A stretch of DNA of 51,969 nucleotides from Promethearchaeia archaeon (GCA_029856155.1 JAHQWL010000027.1:1-51969), one strand, 5' to 3'; shown: positions 18,502-28,840, numbered from the stretch's first letter. Made by a program: numbers and translations. Notes: a model not told the origin generated them from the letters alone.

Positions 18502-19557
18502 ATGTTTAAGATGGAGAAAATTAGAGTAGGCATAATTGGTTCTGGTTTTAGTGCAAAAGATCATTTCTATGCGTATAATTTAGTACCAAATGTGGAGATT
18601 GTGGGAATCGCAGCGTCCTCTATAGAAAAAGCAAAAGACTTTATGAAGAAGTTGAAAATTGCAGGTAAACCATTTGGTGACTATAAAGATTTATTAAAGT
18701 TGGAATGTGACGCAATTTCTGTGTGTCTCCCTAATTATTTGCATAAAGATGTCACTTTAGATATCTTAAATTCCGGGACACACGCCCTTGTTGAAAAACC
18801 ATTAGCGAGAAATATAAAAGAGGGAGAAGAGATGTTAGATGCAGAAAAATCATCTAACCGAAAGATATTTTATTGCGAGAATATTATGTATGCTCCCTCA
18901 TATAGTAAAGTAAAAGAAATTATTGATGAGGGCACCCTTGGAACAATTTATATGGGGAGAGGAAAAGAACAACATTCGGGACCTCATTCTGAGTGGTTTT
19001 ATAAAAAAGCTAAAGCGGGTGGCGGTGCATTAATAGATTTAGGCATTCATGATATAGCTTGTCTAGTCTGGTACTTAGATTGTGATGTTTCAGAAGTTTT
19101 TTGTCAAACAAAAACAACTATTCCTGTGAGAGAAAAGTTTGGTGCGTGTGAAGTTGAGGATAATGCAGTGGGAATACTATATTTTGAAAATGATGCTCAC
19201 GTTGTTATAGAGGAATCATGGACTGCCCCGGGGGGTCATGACATGAGATTTGAATTATTTGGAACTGAAGGTCAAATTAAAGCCGCACCAACTTTTAGTA
19301 ATTTAATTAATGTATATAGTGAAAAAGGCTATGGATATGCTGTCGAAAAAGCCTCAACAACTAAAGGGTGGACATTTCCAGTTCCGGAAGAATCTTGGTC
19401 TTTTGGTTATCAGCAAGAAATCAGTCACTTTATTGATTGTATAATTCAAAATAAAAAGCCTTTGACAGATAGTAAGTATGCTCAAAAGATACTTCAAATT
19501 GTAGATTCAATGTATAAAAGCGCTGAGACTAAAAAAGTCGAAGAAGTGACTCAATAA
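18502..19557 (+). CDS. Gfo/Idh/MocA-family NAD(P)-dependent oxidoreductase
   Basis: GIIGSG, PNYLH, VEKPLA, GGGALIDLGIHDI. Confidence 0.92.
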   Translation: MFKMEKIRVGIIGSGFSAKDHFYAYNLVPNVEIVGIAASSIEKAKDFMKKLKIAGKPFGDYKDLLKLECDAISVCLPNYLHKDVTLDILNSGTHALVEKPLARNIKEGEEMLDAEKSSNRKIFYCENIMYAPSYSKVKEIIDEGTLGTIYMGRGKEQHSGPHSEWFYKKAKAGGGALIDLGIHDIACLVWYLDCDVSEVFCQTKTTIPVREKFGACEVEDNAVGILYFENDAHVVIEESWTAPGGHDMRFELFGTEGQIKAAPTFSNLINVYSEKGYGYAVEKASTTKGWTFPVPEESWSFGYQQEISHFIDCIIQNKKPLTDSKYAQKILQIVDSMYKSAETKKVEEVTQ

Positions 19558-19618
19558 TTAATTTTTACAAGTTATTTATTTTAAAAGAAGAAAGGAAAAG
19601 AAAACAAAATTTTTTTAT

Positions 19619-19981
19619 TTAGTATTGTTTATACTCGCCTTTATACCAAGAACGTTGAGATTTTCTAAGAGTATCAGGCATATCTTCATATGGTGATATT
19701 TCTTCTAATAGTTCGCATTCAACACCATATCGCATATTTGTTTTAGGGTGAACATACCCAGTTTTTGATATTCCATTAGCAGCTCTTAACGCGGTACGAC
19801 GAGCTATTAATGATGCGCCTTTTATATAAAAATATCTCCATTTGGTTTCGTCAGCCAGTTCTATAAAAATTCCTTCGTTCATGTCGGCGTCAGATTCGAT
19901 CGGTACAAATTGACCCTTGTCATCATTCCATTTCAACATAAAATGGTCTTTTTTTTCTGTCATAGTTTTCCCAAGATCCAA
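19619..19981 (-). CDS. Hypothetical protein, possibly a single gelsolin-like domain
   Basis: 120-aa ORF. IFIEL...WRYFYIKGASLIARRTALRAANGI resembles the gelsolin strand-strand-long-helix pattern. Confidence 0.5.
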   Translation of the reverse strand: MDLGKTMTEKKDHFMLKWNDDKGQFVPIESDADMNEGIFIELADETKWRYFYIKGASLIARRTALRAANGISKTGYVHPKTNMRYGVECELLEEISPYEDMPDTLRKSQRSWYKGEYKQY

Positions 19982-20070
19982 ATTTTAAGCTATTAGAAAT
20001 TAATTTGAATTCTTTCTTAAAAAATTTTAACTTTTTTTTAAAAATATTATAAAAGTAATATTATTTAATC

Positions 20071-21276
20071 TTATTTTAACGATTTAATATATTCTACTAT
20101 CGAATCTAGTTTAATTTTTGATGCTAGAAGAGTTTCATGAGGAAATTCTATACTTCTTGAATAGATATCAGAAACTACTGGAAAGTTATTGTTAATACTT
20201 TTCTCTAAACCCCAATTTGCTTTACTATAATCAATTCCTTTCTTTAATTTTATATTTTTAAAACAATCCAATTTATGGAGAGGTGGGTAATTATCAACAG
20301 TTGGAATTCCATTTTTATTTAACTTTTTTTTAAACGCTGTTTTAGTTATCTCTCCGAATTGTGAAGGATCAAACACAATTGGATATATATAATAACCGCA
20401 TTCTTCAGTTCCACGTGTCAATTTCATTACTTGAATACCATCAATTTCATTTAATTTTTTCCCTAAATATTGAGCATGTTCATTTCTAATTTTATGTTGT
20501 TCTGGAAACTTTTCTAACTGTTTTCGGAGTAAAGCCGCATTAAACTCACCTAATCTGTAATTAGTTCCGTATGAATAATGAGCATAAGAAGAACCATTCT
20601 TTCTTCTCCCACAATCGATATAAGAATAAATTTTATCAGCTAAATCTTCAGAATTACAAATAATCGCGCCACCTTCTCCACTAGTTATGATTTTCGAGGC
20701 TTGAAAGCTGAAAGTTCCTGCGATACCCCAATTACCCATTCTTTTACCCTTATAACGAGAACCGTGAGCATGAGAGCAATCTTCTATGATATAAAGATCA
20801 TTTTTATTAGCGATCTCTAATAATCTATCTAATTCAACTGGATTTCCACCCAGATGCACAGGGATAATTGCCTTAGTTCTTTCTGTAATTAATGATTCGA
20901 TTTTATTGATATCCATCACGAGAGTATCGGGATCAATATCACAAAAGATGGGTACCGCATTCGTTGCTATTACTGCTGATGCTGAAGCTACAAAAGTATA
21001 ATCTGAGACAATTACTTCATCTCCCATACCAACATTTAAAGCCATTAATACCGATTCAATGGCAACAGTCCCATTACACACTGCTATAGAATGTTTAGCT
21101 TCTTGAAATCTTGCAAATTCTTCTTGGAATCTCCAGACATTTTCACCTTTTTGATCTCCAGGGAACCCTCCCCACCAATTGCGTGATTTTATTACACCTG
21201 ATAAAGCATTTATTTCATTGTGATCATATATAGGCCACTCTGGAAAATTATTTTTCCTATCTTGTTTATATGACAT
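20071..21276 (-). CDS. DegT/DnrJ/EryC1/StrS PLP aminotransferase (RifK/BtrR-like)
   Basis: FPEWP, NGTVA, YTFVASA, EDCSHAHG, FSFQASK..TSGEGG, GTNYRL. Confidence 0.9.
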   Translation of the reverse strand: MSYKQDRKNNFPEWPIYDHNEINALSGVIKSRNWWGGFPGDQKGENVWRFQEEFARFQEAKHSIAVCNGTVAIESVLMALNVGMGDEVIVSDYTFVASASAVIATNAVPIFCDIDPDTLVMDINKIESLITERTKAIIPVHLGGNPVELDRLLEIANKNDLYIIEDCSHAHGSRYKGKRMGNWGIAGTFSFQASKIITSGEGGAIICNSEDLADKIYSYIDCGRRKNGSSYAHYSYGTNYRLGEFNAALLRKQLEKFPEQHKIRNEHAQYLGKKLNEIDGIQVMKLTRGTEECGYYIYPIVFDPSQFGEITKTAFKKKLNKNGIPTVDNYPPLHKLDCFKNIKLKKGIDYSKANWGLEKSINNNFPVVSDIYSRSIEFPHETLLASKIKLDSIVEYIKSLK

Positions 21277-21395
21277 AATTCAATAATACCCTAATTCTTA
21301 TACATAAATTTTATGAGCTATTTTAGATATATTTATCAAAACAGATAAAAGTTACATTCAACTTAGAACTTAATGTATTAGAATTTTTTACGATT

Positions 21396-23111
21396 TTGAA
21401 AATGAAAATTATTGATAAAAGATCATTAGCTAATATTCTGAAGGAATATATTTCAGATCTTGACTTAGAAGAAATAGAAGCTTTAATAGAAATACCTCCT
21501 CCAGAATTTGACTATACCTATGCGTTTCCTTGTTTTAGACTTTCAAAATTTCAAAAAAAGGAACCAAATGTAATAGCTCAGGCTTTAAGAGATAAAATTA
21601 AACTCCCAGAGTTTATAAAAAGTATCATTGCAGAAGGACCTTACTTAAATTTTATAATTAATCCAAAATTTATTCTTGAAACTATCTATGAATCCAAAAG
21701 CGAATATGGAAGGATAAGAGACATCTTAGAAAAGCCTAAAAAGTTAAGAATAGTAGTTGAATATCCTTCTCCTAATACTAATAAGCCTCTCCACTTTGGG
21801 CATGTAAGAAATATGTTATTAGGCAAATCTCTCTCTAATTTATTAGATTATAAAAAACATCATGTTTTTCAAGTTAACTTAAACAATAATCGTGGGATTC
21901 ACATTTGTAAGAGTATGCTTGCATATAAGAAATGGGGAAATAATAAAAAGCCGGATAAGAAAAGCGATCATTTTGTTGGTGATTATTATGTTCTTTATAG
22001 TGAGAAATCCAAGAACAACGACAATTTAGATCAAGAAGCTCAAGAATTGTTAAGATCTTGGGAAGCAGGAGATCAAGAGATAGTTGATTTATGGAAAAAA
22101 ATGAATAAATGGGCTATAGAAGGATTTAGATTAACTTATGATAAGTTTGGAATTAAATTTGATAAAGAATATTTTGAATCTGATTTATATTTAGAAGGGA
22201 AAAAGAAAATTTTAGAAGGCTTAGAAAAAGGACTATTCGAAAGAACTAAAGATGGCGCTGTTATTGCAAGGTTAAAAGAGAAATATAATCTAGAAGATAA
22301 AATCTTGATTAGGAGCGATGGGACTTCAATCTACATAACTCAAGATATTTATTTAGCTTATAAGAAGAAAGAAGATTTTAACTATGATAGATCTATTTAT
22401 ATTGTAGCTGATGAGCAGATTCAACATTTTAGATGGCTTTTTGCAATATTAGATATGTTGGGTTTTAAAGAAGATAATTATCACCTCTCCTATGGAATGA
22501 TTGATTTACCCAGTGGTAAAATGAAAAGTAGAGAGGGAACTGTTGTTGATGCTGATGATGTTATTGAAGAGGTTGAAAAACTAGCATATAGTGAGGTAAA
22601 CAAAAGGTACCCAGATTTGACTGATGATGAGAAGAAGATAAGAGCTGAAAAAATAGGATTAGCAGCCGTAATATTTTATATTTTGAAGTACAATCCTGTA
22701 AAAGGGTTTATTTTTAGACCAGATGAAAGTATTTCTTTTGAAGGGGAAACAGGTCCTTATATTCAATATTGTTACGCCAGGATTGCGTCAATTATTTCAA
22801 AATCAGATAGAGAAATTAGTATAACCATTAATTGGGATTTATTAACTCATGAAAAAGAGAGATTTTTAATAAAGCAATTAGTCTATTTTCCTGAAATTAT
22901 TGATTCATCTGAAAAAACATATAATATTCATTTAATTCCACAATATCTTCTTAGTTTATGTCAAGCATTCAATTCATTTTATACATCTTGTCAAGTAATT
23001 TCTGAGAATAAAGAATTAGAAAGAGCAAGATTATTATTAATTTCCTGTGTTCAAATTGTCATTAAAACAGGATTAGATATCTTGGGAATTGAGACATTAG
23101 AGAAAATGTAA
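21396..23111 (+). CDS. argS: Arginine--tRNA ligase
   Basis: SPNTNKPLHFGH (HIGH), KMKSREG (KMSKS), FEGETGPYIQY..AR, C-terminal EKM. Confidence 0.96.
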   Translation: MKMKIIDKRSLANILKEYISDLDLEEIEALIEIPPPEFDYTYAFPCFRLSKFQKKEPNVIAQALRDKIKLPEFIKSIIAEGPYLNFIINPKFILETIYESKSEYGRIRDILEKPKKLRIVVEYPSPNTNKPLHFGHVRNMLLGKSLSNLLDYKKHHVFQVNLNNNRGIHICKSMLAYKKWGNNKKPDKKSDHFVGDYYVLYSEKSKNNDNLDQEAQELLRSWEAGDQEIVDLWKKMNKWAIEGFRLTYDKFGIKFDKEYFESDLYLEGKKKILEGLEKGLFERTKDGAVIARLKEKYNLEDKILIRSDGTSIYITQDIYLAYKKKEDFNYDRSIYIVADEQIQHFRWLFAILDMLGFKEDNYHLSYGMIDLPSGKMKSREGTVVDADDVIEEVEKLAYSEVNKRYPDLTDDEKKIRAEKIGLAAVIFYILKYNPVKGFIFRPDESISFEGETGPYIQYCYARIASIISKSDREISITINWDLLTHEKERFLIKQLVYFPEIIDSSEKTYNIHLIPQYLLSLCQAFNSFYTSCQVISENKELERARLLLISCVQIVIKTGLDILGIETLEKM

Positions 23112-23141
23112 GGTAAATAATTTAAAAAGAGAGAACATAAG

Positions 23142-24041
23142 ATGAAATTTTTCGATTTTGGTAATAATATCAAAGAAAATACTCAATTTGTAATTTTTGG
23201 TATACCTTGGGATTATTTTACTTCAATTGATTTACCTAATTCATCAATCGCTCCAGAAAGAATTAGAAATGTGACAAATGATATTGGTTGGACAACAGAA
23301 TTAGGAGATCATATTACTAAATTAAAAGTTGTTGATGTAGGCGATATAGGCATTGAGAGAGTTAATGTAGATAAAAATCTCAAGGAAATCAATAATTTTA
23401 TTAAGGATTTATATACGAAGAATGAAAATGTCATTCCTATTATGATAGGAGGAGACCATTTTTGTTCTTTCCCTGTAATAAAGTCTGTAGGGGATCATTT
23501 TAACAAGAAAGAAGAATTTGGAGTACTTATCTTTGATGCACACTTAGATTTTTACCAAGAATGGGACAAAGGTGTGTATTCACATGCAACTTTAACTCAC
23601 AGGATATTTGATTTAGATTATATTAATAATAAGAACCTATTAATAGTTGGGGTTAGAGATATTGATATTCCGGAGTTAGAAATAGTAAGACAAGAAGAAA
23701 TTGAATATCTTAGTGCTTACCAGTTGTCTGAAGGTCTTAAAAATTATATAGAAAAAATAATAAACTTTTTCAAAAAATCGGGTATTAAAAATTTATATAT
23801 TTCTATAGATATTGATGCTTTAGATCCTTCTGTTGCTCCGGGTACTGGCTTTGCTATGCCTGGTGGATTTTCTTATCGTGAGTTATGGAAAATATTGAAG
23901 ATTATAACTGAAAATTTTAAAATAATTGGATTTGATCTTGTTGAGGTCGCTCCAAATTTAGATTTGGAAAATAAAATGACATGTAATTTAGCTGCGAAAT
24001 TGATTATAGAACTTATTTCTTTTATTGCAAATGTAGATTAA
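23142..24041 (+). CDS. speB: Agmatinase (ureohydrolase family)
   Basis: GGDH, DAHLD, SHAT, SIDIDALDP..APGTG, DLVEVAP. Confidence 0.85.
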   Translation: MKFFDFGNNIKENTQFVIFGIPWDYFTSIDLPNSSIAPERIRNVTNDIGWTTELGDHITKLKVVDVGDIGIERVNVDKNLKEINNFIKDLYTKNENVIPIMIGGDHFCSFPVIKSVGDHFNKKEEFGVLIFDAHLDFYQEWDKGVYSHATLTHRIFDLDYINNKNLLIVGVRDIDIPELEIVRQEEIEYLSAYQLSEGLKNYIEKIINFFKKSGIKNLYISIDIDALDPSVAPGTGFAMPGGFSYRELWKILKIITENFKIIGFDLVEVAPNLDLENKMTCNLAAKLIIELISFIANVD

Positions 24042-24053
24042 ATAATGATTTAA

Positions 24054-25007
24054 ATGCCAGATAAAGATTTTAGAGAAATTTTAAAAAAAGTAAATCAATT
24101 TGAAATAAAACAAGATACAGATATTGTTGAATTGATAAATTCCTTAAAAGATACGGGATTTAATGCAAAAAAGTTAGCTTTAGCTTGTGAAATCTACTAT
24201 GAAATGATAAAAGATTCTGATTGTGTTAAATTCTTTGGACTAGCTGGTGCACTCGTTCCTGTTGGAATGCAAAAAGTAATTTATGATTTTATAAAAGAAG
24301 GTTATATTGATATATTAGTATCTACGGGTGCTAATTTAACTCATGATCTCGCAGAAGCTTTGGGATATCATCATTTACAAGGAAATTTTGAATCGAAAGA
24401 AATTGATGATAAAGATTTACATAGAGAAGAGATCAACAGAATTTATGATGTTTATATGCCAAATAAAGTATATCAAGGCATTGAAGATTTTGTATCAGAA
24501 TTAGAAATACCAGATAATCAGATGTCTGTAAGTTCTTTTTTAAGATTCCTCGGAAATCAATTGCCTAAGGATTCTTGTTCAATTCTGAGAATATGTTCTG
24601 AGATGCAAATACCAATTTTTTGTCCTGCTTTTACAGATTCAGGTTTAGCATTACAATTAGGATTTCATCACCAAAAACTGAATTTAAATCATTTTACAGA
24701 TATGCTAGAAATGGTAAATTTAGCATGGGATGCAAAGATTGCTGGTGTATGTATTGTTGGAGGAGGGGTTCCAAAGAATTTTATTTTGCAATCATTACAA
24801 TTCAGTCCGAATTCTGCTAAATACGCTATTCAAATTACAATGGATCGCCCTGAGCCTGGAGGATTGAGTGGTGCTACTTTAAGAGAAGCTATTTCATGGG
24901 GGAAAATAAATGAAACCGCTAGATATTCAACACTTATTTCTGATGCTACAATTGCTTTACCTATTATACTATGGTTTTTAAAAAATAAGAATAAAATTAA
25001 AAATTAG
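24054..25007 (+). CDS. dys: Deoxyhypusine synthase
   Basis: TGFNA, STGANL.HD, INRIYD, PAFTDS, GGGVPKN, GGLSGA..EAISWGK (catalytic Lys). Confidence 0.93.
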   Translation: MPDKDFREILKKVNQFEIKQDTDIVELINSLKDTGFNAKKLALACEIYYEMIKDSDCVKFFGLAGALVPVGMQKVIYDFIKEGYIDILVSTGANLTHDLAEALGYHHLQGNFESKEIDDKDLHREEINRIYDVYMPNKVYQGIEDFVSELEIPDNQMSVSSFLRFLGNQLPKDSCSILRICSEMQIPIFCPAFTDSGLALQLGFHHQKLNLNHFTDMLEMVNLAWDAKIAGVCIVGGGVPKNFILQSLQFSPNSAKYAIQITMDRPEPGGLSGATLREAISWGKINETARYSTLISDATIALPIILWFLKNKNKIKN

Positions 25008-25465
25008 AATACTCCTTTTAGTTTTTGATCAATGGTCTGTGTATCGGTTCCAAAAATCCTATCAAGATTTTGTTTAAAATTCTTAAATTGAGATACTTCA
25101 GATAAATTTTTTCCTGTATTCAATGTCTTAAATTCTTTGGATACTTGTTTCAATAATGGATGAATAATTTTGCGTATGTATTTTTCAATTTTTTTGTCTT
25201 TATCTAAAATAGCATAGGATATTATAAGTTCTGGTTCAAAGCCATCTTCAGCATTAATTTGATCCTCTGTAAATGCAATGAGGTATTTTTTTCCTTCAAA
25301 ATATTCCACTATATCTTTAGAAAAAGTTGATTGCGCAAAATTTAAAATCGCAGTGAGCAAACCACTTCTCAAATCAGTATCAATTTTTCCTTTTGAAGTT
25401 TTATGATAACTCTTTTTTACTAAAGTAAAGCCTCTGAATAACAAGCCTGCTTCTCGAACAACCAT
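25004..25465 (-). CDS. Asgard longin/roadblock-like small protein
   Basis: DLRSGLLTAILNFAQSTF helix between beta-strands. Confidence 0.55.
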   Translation of the reverse strand: MVVREAGLLFRGFTLVKKSYHKTSKGKIDTDLRSGLLTAILNFAQSTFSKDIVEYFEGKKYLIAFTEDQINAEDGFEPELIISYAILDKDKKIEKYIRKIIHPLLKQVSKEFKTLNTGKNLSEVSQFKNFKQNLDRIFGTDTQTIDQKLKGVF

Positions 25466-25641
25466 TTTTAAGAATTTTAAATTAAATAATTTTGTTCTTA
25501 AGTATTATCTACTATATTTTTTATCAATTCACTATTTTAATTATAATAGTTTTTAATAATAAATCCTTTGATTATCTTACTAATTGATTTAACTTTTAAT
25601 ATTTAATAAAAAATATTATTTATCTAAGATTTCTTTCAGAT

Positions 25642-26829
25642 ATGATTACTAAGGAAAAAATTAAGTTATGCGCTGAAAATATTACTAAAAGTGTAAACAT
25701 AAAAAAAGAAGGCGAATTCATTCTTATAAAAGGTGCTCTTTACAGTCAGGAGCTCCTAGAAGAAATAGGATTAAGTGTTCTTAGAAAAGGAGGAATCCCA
25801 CATATTACCTCTGTAAGTGATTATTTTGAGGAATCAATATGGCAAGATGATCAAATTAAAGTGAAAACCTTACAAAAACCACCACTACATTATCTTGAGA
25901 TGATTAAAAATATCGATGCTTACATAGTAATTGAGTACCCCGAAGATCCCTTGATTCGCAATAATGCGCCAGAAGAAAAACTTAAAGCTTATCAGAAATC
26001 AATTGCTCCATTACGAGAAATATTATATGGGTTCAGGGAAGAATATGCACCAGGAAAAAAATGGTGTTACGCTGCTTGGCCTTCAAAGAAAGCCGCAGAT
26101 TTCTATAATATTAGCTATGATTTATTTGAAAAATTTATTGTTGATGGGATGAGCATTCCATCAGAAGAATTAACTAATATTACTAAGAATTTAGGTAAGT
26201 ATTTTGACGATGCTAAAAAAGTATATGTGAAAGATGATTTCGGCACAGACTTTTGGGTTTCAATAGAAAATCGAGGTAAAAATCTTGATGATGGAATACT
26301 TTCTGAAGAACAAATTGCGTTAGGAGACTTAGGAGGCAATTTACCTGCAGGTGAGGTATTTATTCCTCCAAATGAAAAGCAGGGAGAAGGCAAGATTTTT
26401 TGTCCATTAACAATTGAGAGATATTCTAACAAAATTTTGAAAAATGTAGAACTTAACTTTAAGGATGGTAAATTATTGATGAATAAAGTGTCTGCGGATA
26501 ATGGCTTAGATATCTTAATTAAGGCTTTTAAACAAAGTGAAAAAATAGATAGGAAAAATAATGTACCAGAATTAAGGACTTATAACGTTGGTGAACTAGG
26601 TATTGGATGTAATCCCGTAATAACGAAAGCAATTGGCTATATTCTTACAGATGAAAAAATTAATGGAAGTGTTCATGTTGCTTTTGGATTTAATACGTCA
26701 TTTGGAGGAACATCAGCATCTCAAATGCATTGGGATTTTGTTACTGAACCAAAGGCTAACATAACCGTCGAATATATGGATGGTTCTAAAAAAGAGATAA
26801 TGGAGAATGGAAAATTGATTGATGAATAA
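25642..26829 (+). CDS. Aminopeptidase, M29 family
   Basis: NLPAGEVF, GELGIG.N, DEKI.GSVHVAFG, HWD. Confidence 0.92.
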   Translation: MITKEKIKLCAENITKSVNIKKEGEFILIKGALYSQELLEEIGLSVLRKGGIPHITSVSDYFEESIWQDDQIKVKTLQKPPLHYLEMIKNIDAYIVIEYPEDPLIRNNAPEEKLKAYQKSIAPLREILYGFREEYAPGKKWCYAAWPSKKAADFYNISYDLFEKFIVDGMSIPSEELTNITKNLGKYFDDAKKVYVKDDFGTDFWVSIENRGKNLDDGILSEEQIALGDLGGNLPAGEVFIPPNEKQGEGKIFCPLTIERYSNKILKNVELNFKDGKLLMNKVSADNGLDILIKAFKQSEKIDRKNNVPELRTYNVGELGIGCNPVITKAIGYILTDEKINGSVHVAFGFNTSFGGTSASQMHWDFVTEPKANITVEYMDGSKKEIMENGKLIDE

Positions 26830-26843
26830 CTATTATTAATTTA

Positions 26844-27335
26844 TTACATAATGAATTCTGGCTGAAAAAATTCTTCTAAAAATTTTATAATTTTATCTAA
26901 AACTTTTTTTTTGAATGTAATACGATCTGTTTTGAAATTATATTCCAGAACAGATGTTTCTTTTTCAGTTGAAATGCCTATAAATACAAGTCCTACTGGT
27001 TTTTCTGGTGTCCCTCCAGTTGGACCGGCAATACCACTAATTCCAATTCCAATTTCAACATTAGAGAGAATTCTTATATTGTTAGCTAGTGCTTTTACAA
27101 CATTTTCTGATACTGCCCCAAATTTCTCAATGTTATTCGGATCTACATTGAGTAGATCTATTTTTGCTTGATTGCTATAACATACAATTCCTCTTTCGAA
27201 GACTTTTGATGCTCCAGAAATATTAGTAAACATATGTGATACAAAACCACCCGTACAGCTTTCAGCAATAGAAATCTTTAAATTTTGCTCTGAAAAATTA
27301 CTAATGAGTTTTTCTATTCTTTTTAAGATATCCAT
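26844..27335 (-). CDS. CinA C-terminal domain / NMN deamidase (PncC-like)
   Basis: AESCTGG, GAS, YSN.AK, GAVS, SGIAGPTGG...KPVGLVFI. Confidence 0.92.
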   Translation of the reverse strand: MDILKRIEKLISNFSEQNLKISIAESCTGGFVSHMFTNISGASKVFERGIVCYSNQAKIDLLNVDPNNIEKFGAVSENVVKALANNIRILSNVEIGIGISGIAGPTGGTPEKPVGLVFIGISTEKETSVLEYNFKTDRITFKKKVLDKIIKFLEEFFQPEFIM

Positions 27336-27343
27336 GATTTCAA

Positions 27344-27799
27344 TTACCTTTGAATCTCAAACTTTTTCCCGCATGACCCACAAAATACGGCCTCTTTATT
27401 TAGAGGGTTACCGCAATGGGGACAATGCCATTTTATTGTGGATTTTAGAGAAGGAGCTAAAACTTTATAAATTTCTGGTTGTTTTTCTCCAAATGGTTTA
27501 TATTCTAGGTTTTTTTCAGAAGCTTTATCAAAACATTTTGGGCAATAAATCTTCTTCTGTAATCCATAATATATAAGATAGGGATTGATTATCAAAAAAC
27601 CCCACATGAAAAAGATAAAAAGAAAAATCTCTGATAAAATTGAAAGAGATACAATAGTAATTGTGGTAAATATAATCAACATTAATACTGCAAAAATTCC
27701 AAATATTTTAATATTAAATCTCGGTCGAGTAGGAAACACATTCATGCAACAGCTCTGGCAAAAAACCATATTGTTTATATCTTGAACCATAAATCTCAA
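27344..27799 (-). CDS. LITAF-like membrane zinc-ribbon protein with an extra C-terminal zinc ribbon; probable start at 27769
   Basis: CQSC - hydrophobic hairpin - YCPKC, then CPHCG...FCGSCG. Confidence 0.65.
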   Translation of the reverse strand: MRFMVQDINNMVFCQSCCMNVFPTRPRFNIKIFGIFAVLMLIIFTTITIVSLSILSEIFLFIFFMWGFLIINPYLIYYGLQKKIYCPKCFDKASEKNLEYKPFGEKQPEIYKVLAPSLKSTIKWHCPHCGNPLNKEAVFCGSCGKKFEIQR

Positions 27800-27940
27800 T
27801 GTAAAGATTTAAAATGAGTTGTTATTATTTATATAAATTAATAACAAATAAAATTAAATAAAAAAATATTATTGTATACTTTTGATAAATATTGCATTAA
27901 AAACAGAATTAAACAAAATTTATTTAAACGAGTGATTTAA

Positions 27941-28480
27941 ATGGGAAAAAATGATGGTGCTAAAGGATTTGTATTCAAAATAACTGTAATTGGTAATGGA
28001 GCGGTTGGAAAGACTTCCTTAATTAAGAAATATACGCAGGGTAGCTTTCAAAAAGATTATATTAAAACATTAGGTGCCCAATTTTCGAAATATGATGAAG
28101 AAATAGACGGGGATAATTGTAAATTGTTTTTTTGGGATATTGCAGGGCAAGATGAGTTTAACTTTATGCGTCCTACATTTTATAAGGGAAGTAAGGCTGC
28201 AATTATAGTATTCTCTCATACTGATGAAGATAGTTATAATAATATAGTGGAATGGCATGAGGATATTAAAAAGTACACCGGAGACCTCCCTATTGTCTTG
28301 TTTGGTAATAAAACTGATTTAGTTGATGAAAAAAATATAAAGGATGAAAAAGTAAAGGAAATAGTAGATGAAAGAAACTTTCTTGGCTATTATAAAACAT
28401 CTGCAAAGACCGGACAAGGGGTTTTCGAAGCATTTCAGGCAATAATAAAAGAGTTATACAACAAATATAAAGAAGAATAG
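27941..28480 (+). CDS. Rab/Ras-like small GTPase
   Basis: GNGAVGKT, TLG, WDIAGQ, NKTD, TSAK. Confidence 0.95.
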   Translation: MGKNDGAKGFVFKITVIGNGAVGKTSLIKKYTQGSFQKDYIKTLGAQFSKYDEEIDGDNCKLFFWDIAGQDEFNFMRPTFYKGSKAAIIVFSHTDEDSYNNIVEWHEDIKKYTGDLPIVLFGNKTDLVDEKNIKDEKVKEIVDERNFLGYYKTSAKTGQGVFEAFQAIIKELYNKYKEE

Positions 28481-28483
28481 AAA

Positions 28484-28783
28484 ATGTTTGATGATATCAA
28501 TCAAGGATATCCAAAAATTTTATTTTTCTCGTCAAATCATTGTGCTCCTTGCAGACCAGTCGAAGAAATGTTAAAGAAAATAAATATTTCGCTTTTCGGT
28601 AAAAAACTACGAATAGAAAAAATATCAATTGATCTTGAAGAGAATCGTCAATTTACACAAGAATATCGTATTACTTCCGTACCCACATTAATCATAGCAG
28701 ATAAAAGAATATCCGTAAATATTCAAGAAGAAGAAATCATAGATGCGATACTTTATGCGTTTATATCTTCGGTTAAATTATAA
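28484..28783 (+). CDS. Thioredoxin-family protein
   Basis: CAPC active site, VPT cis-Pro loop. Confidence 0.88.
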   Translation: MFDDINQGYPKILFFSSNHCAPCRPVEEMLKKINISLFGKKLRIEKISIDLEENRQFTQEYRITSVPTLIIADKRISVNIQEEEIIDAILYAFISSVKL

Positions 28784-28840
28784 TTATAAAACAAAAATAA
28801 AAAATAAAATAAAATATAAATTAAAATAAAGTGAACGTTA

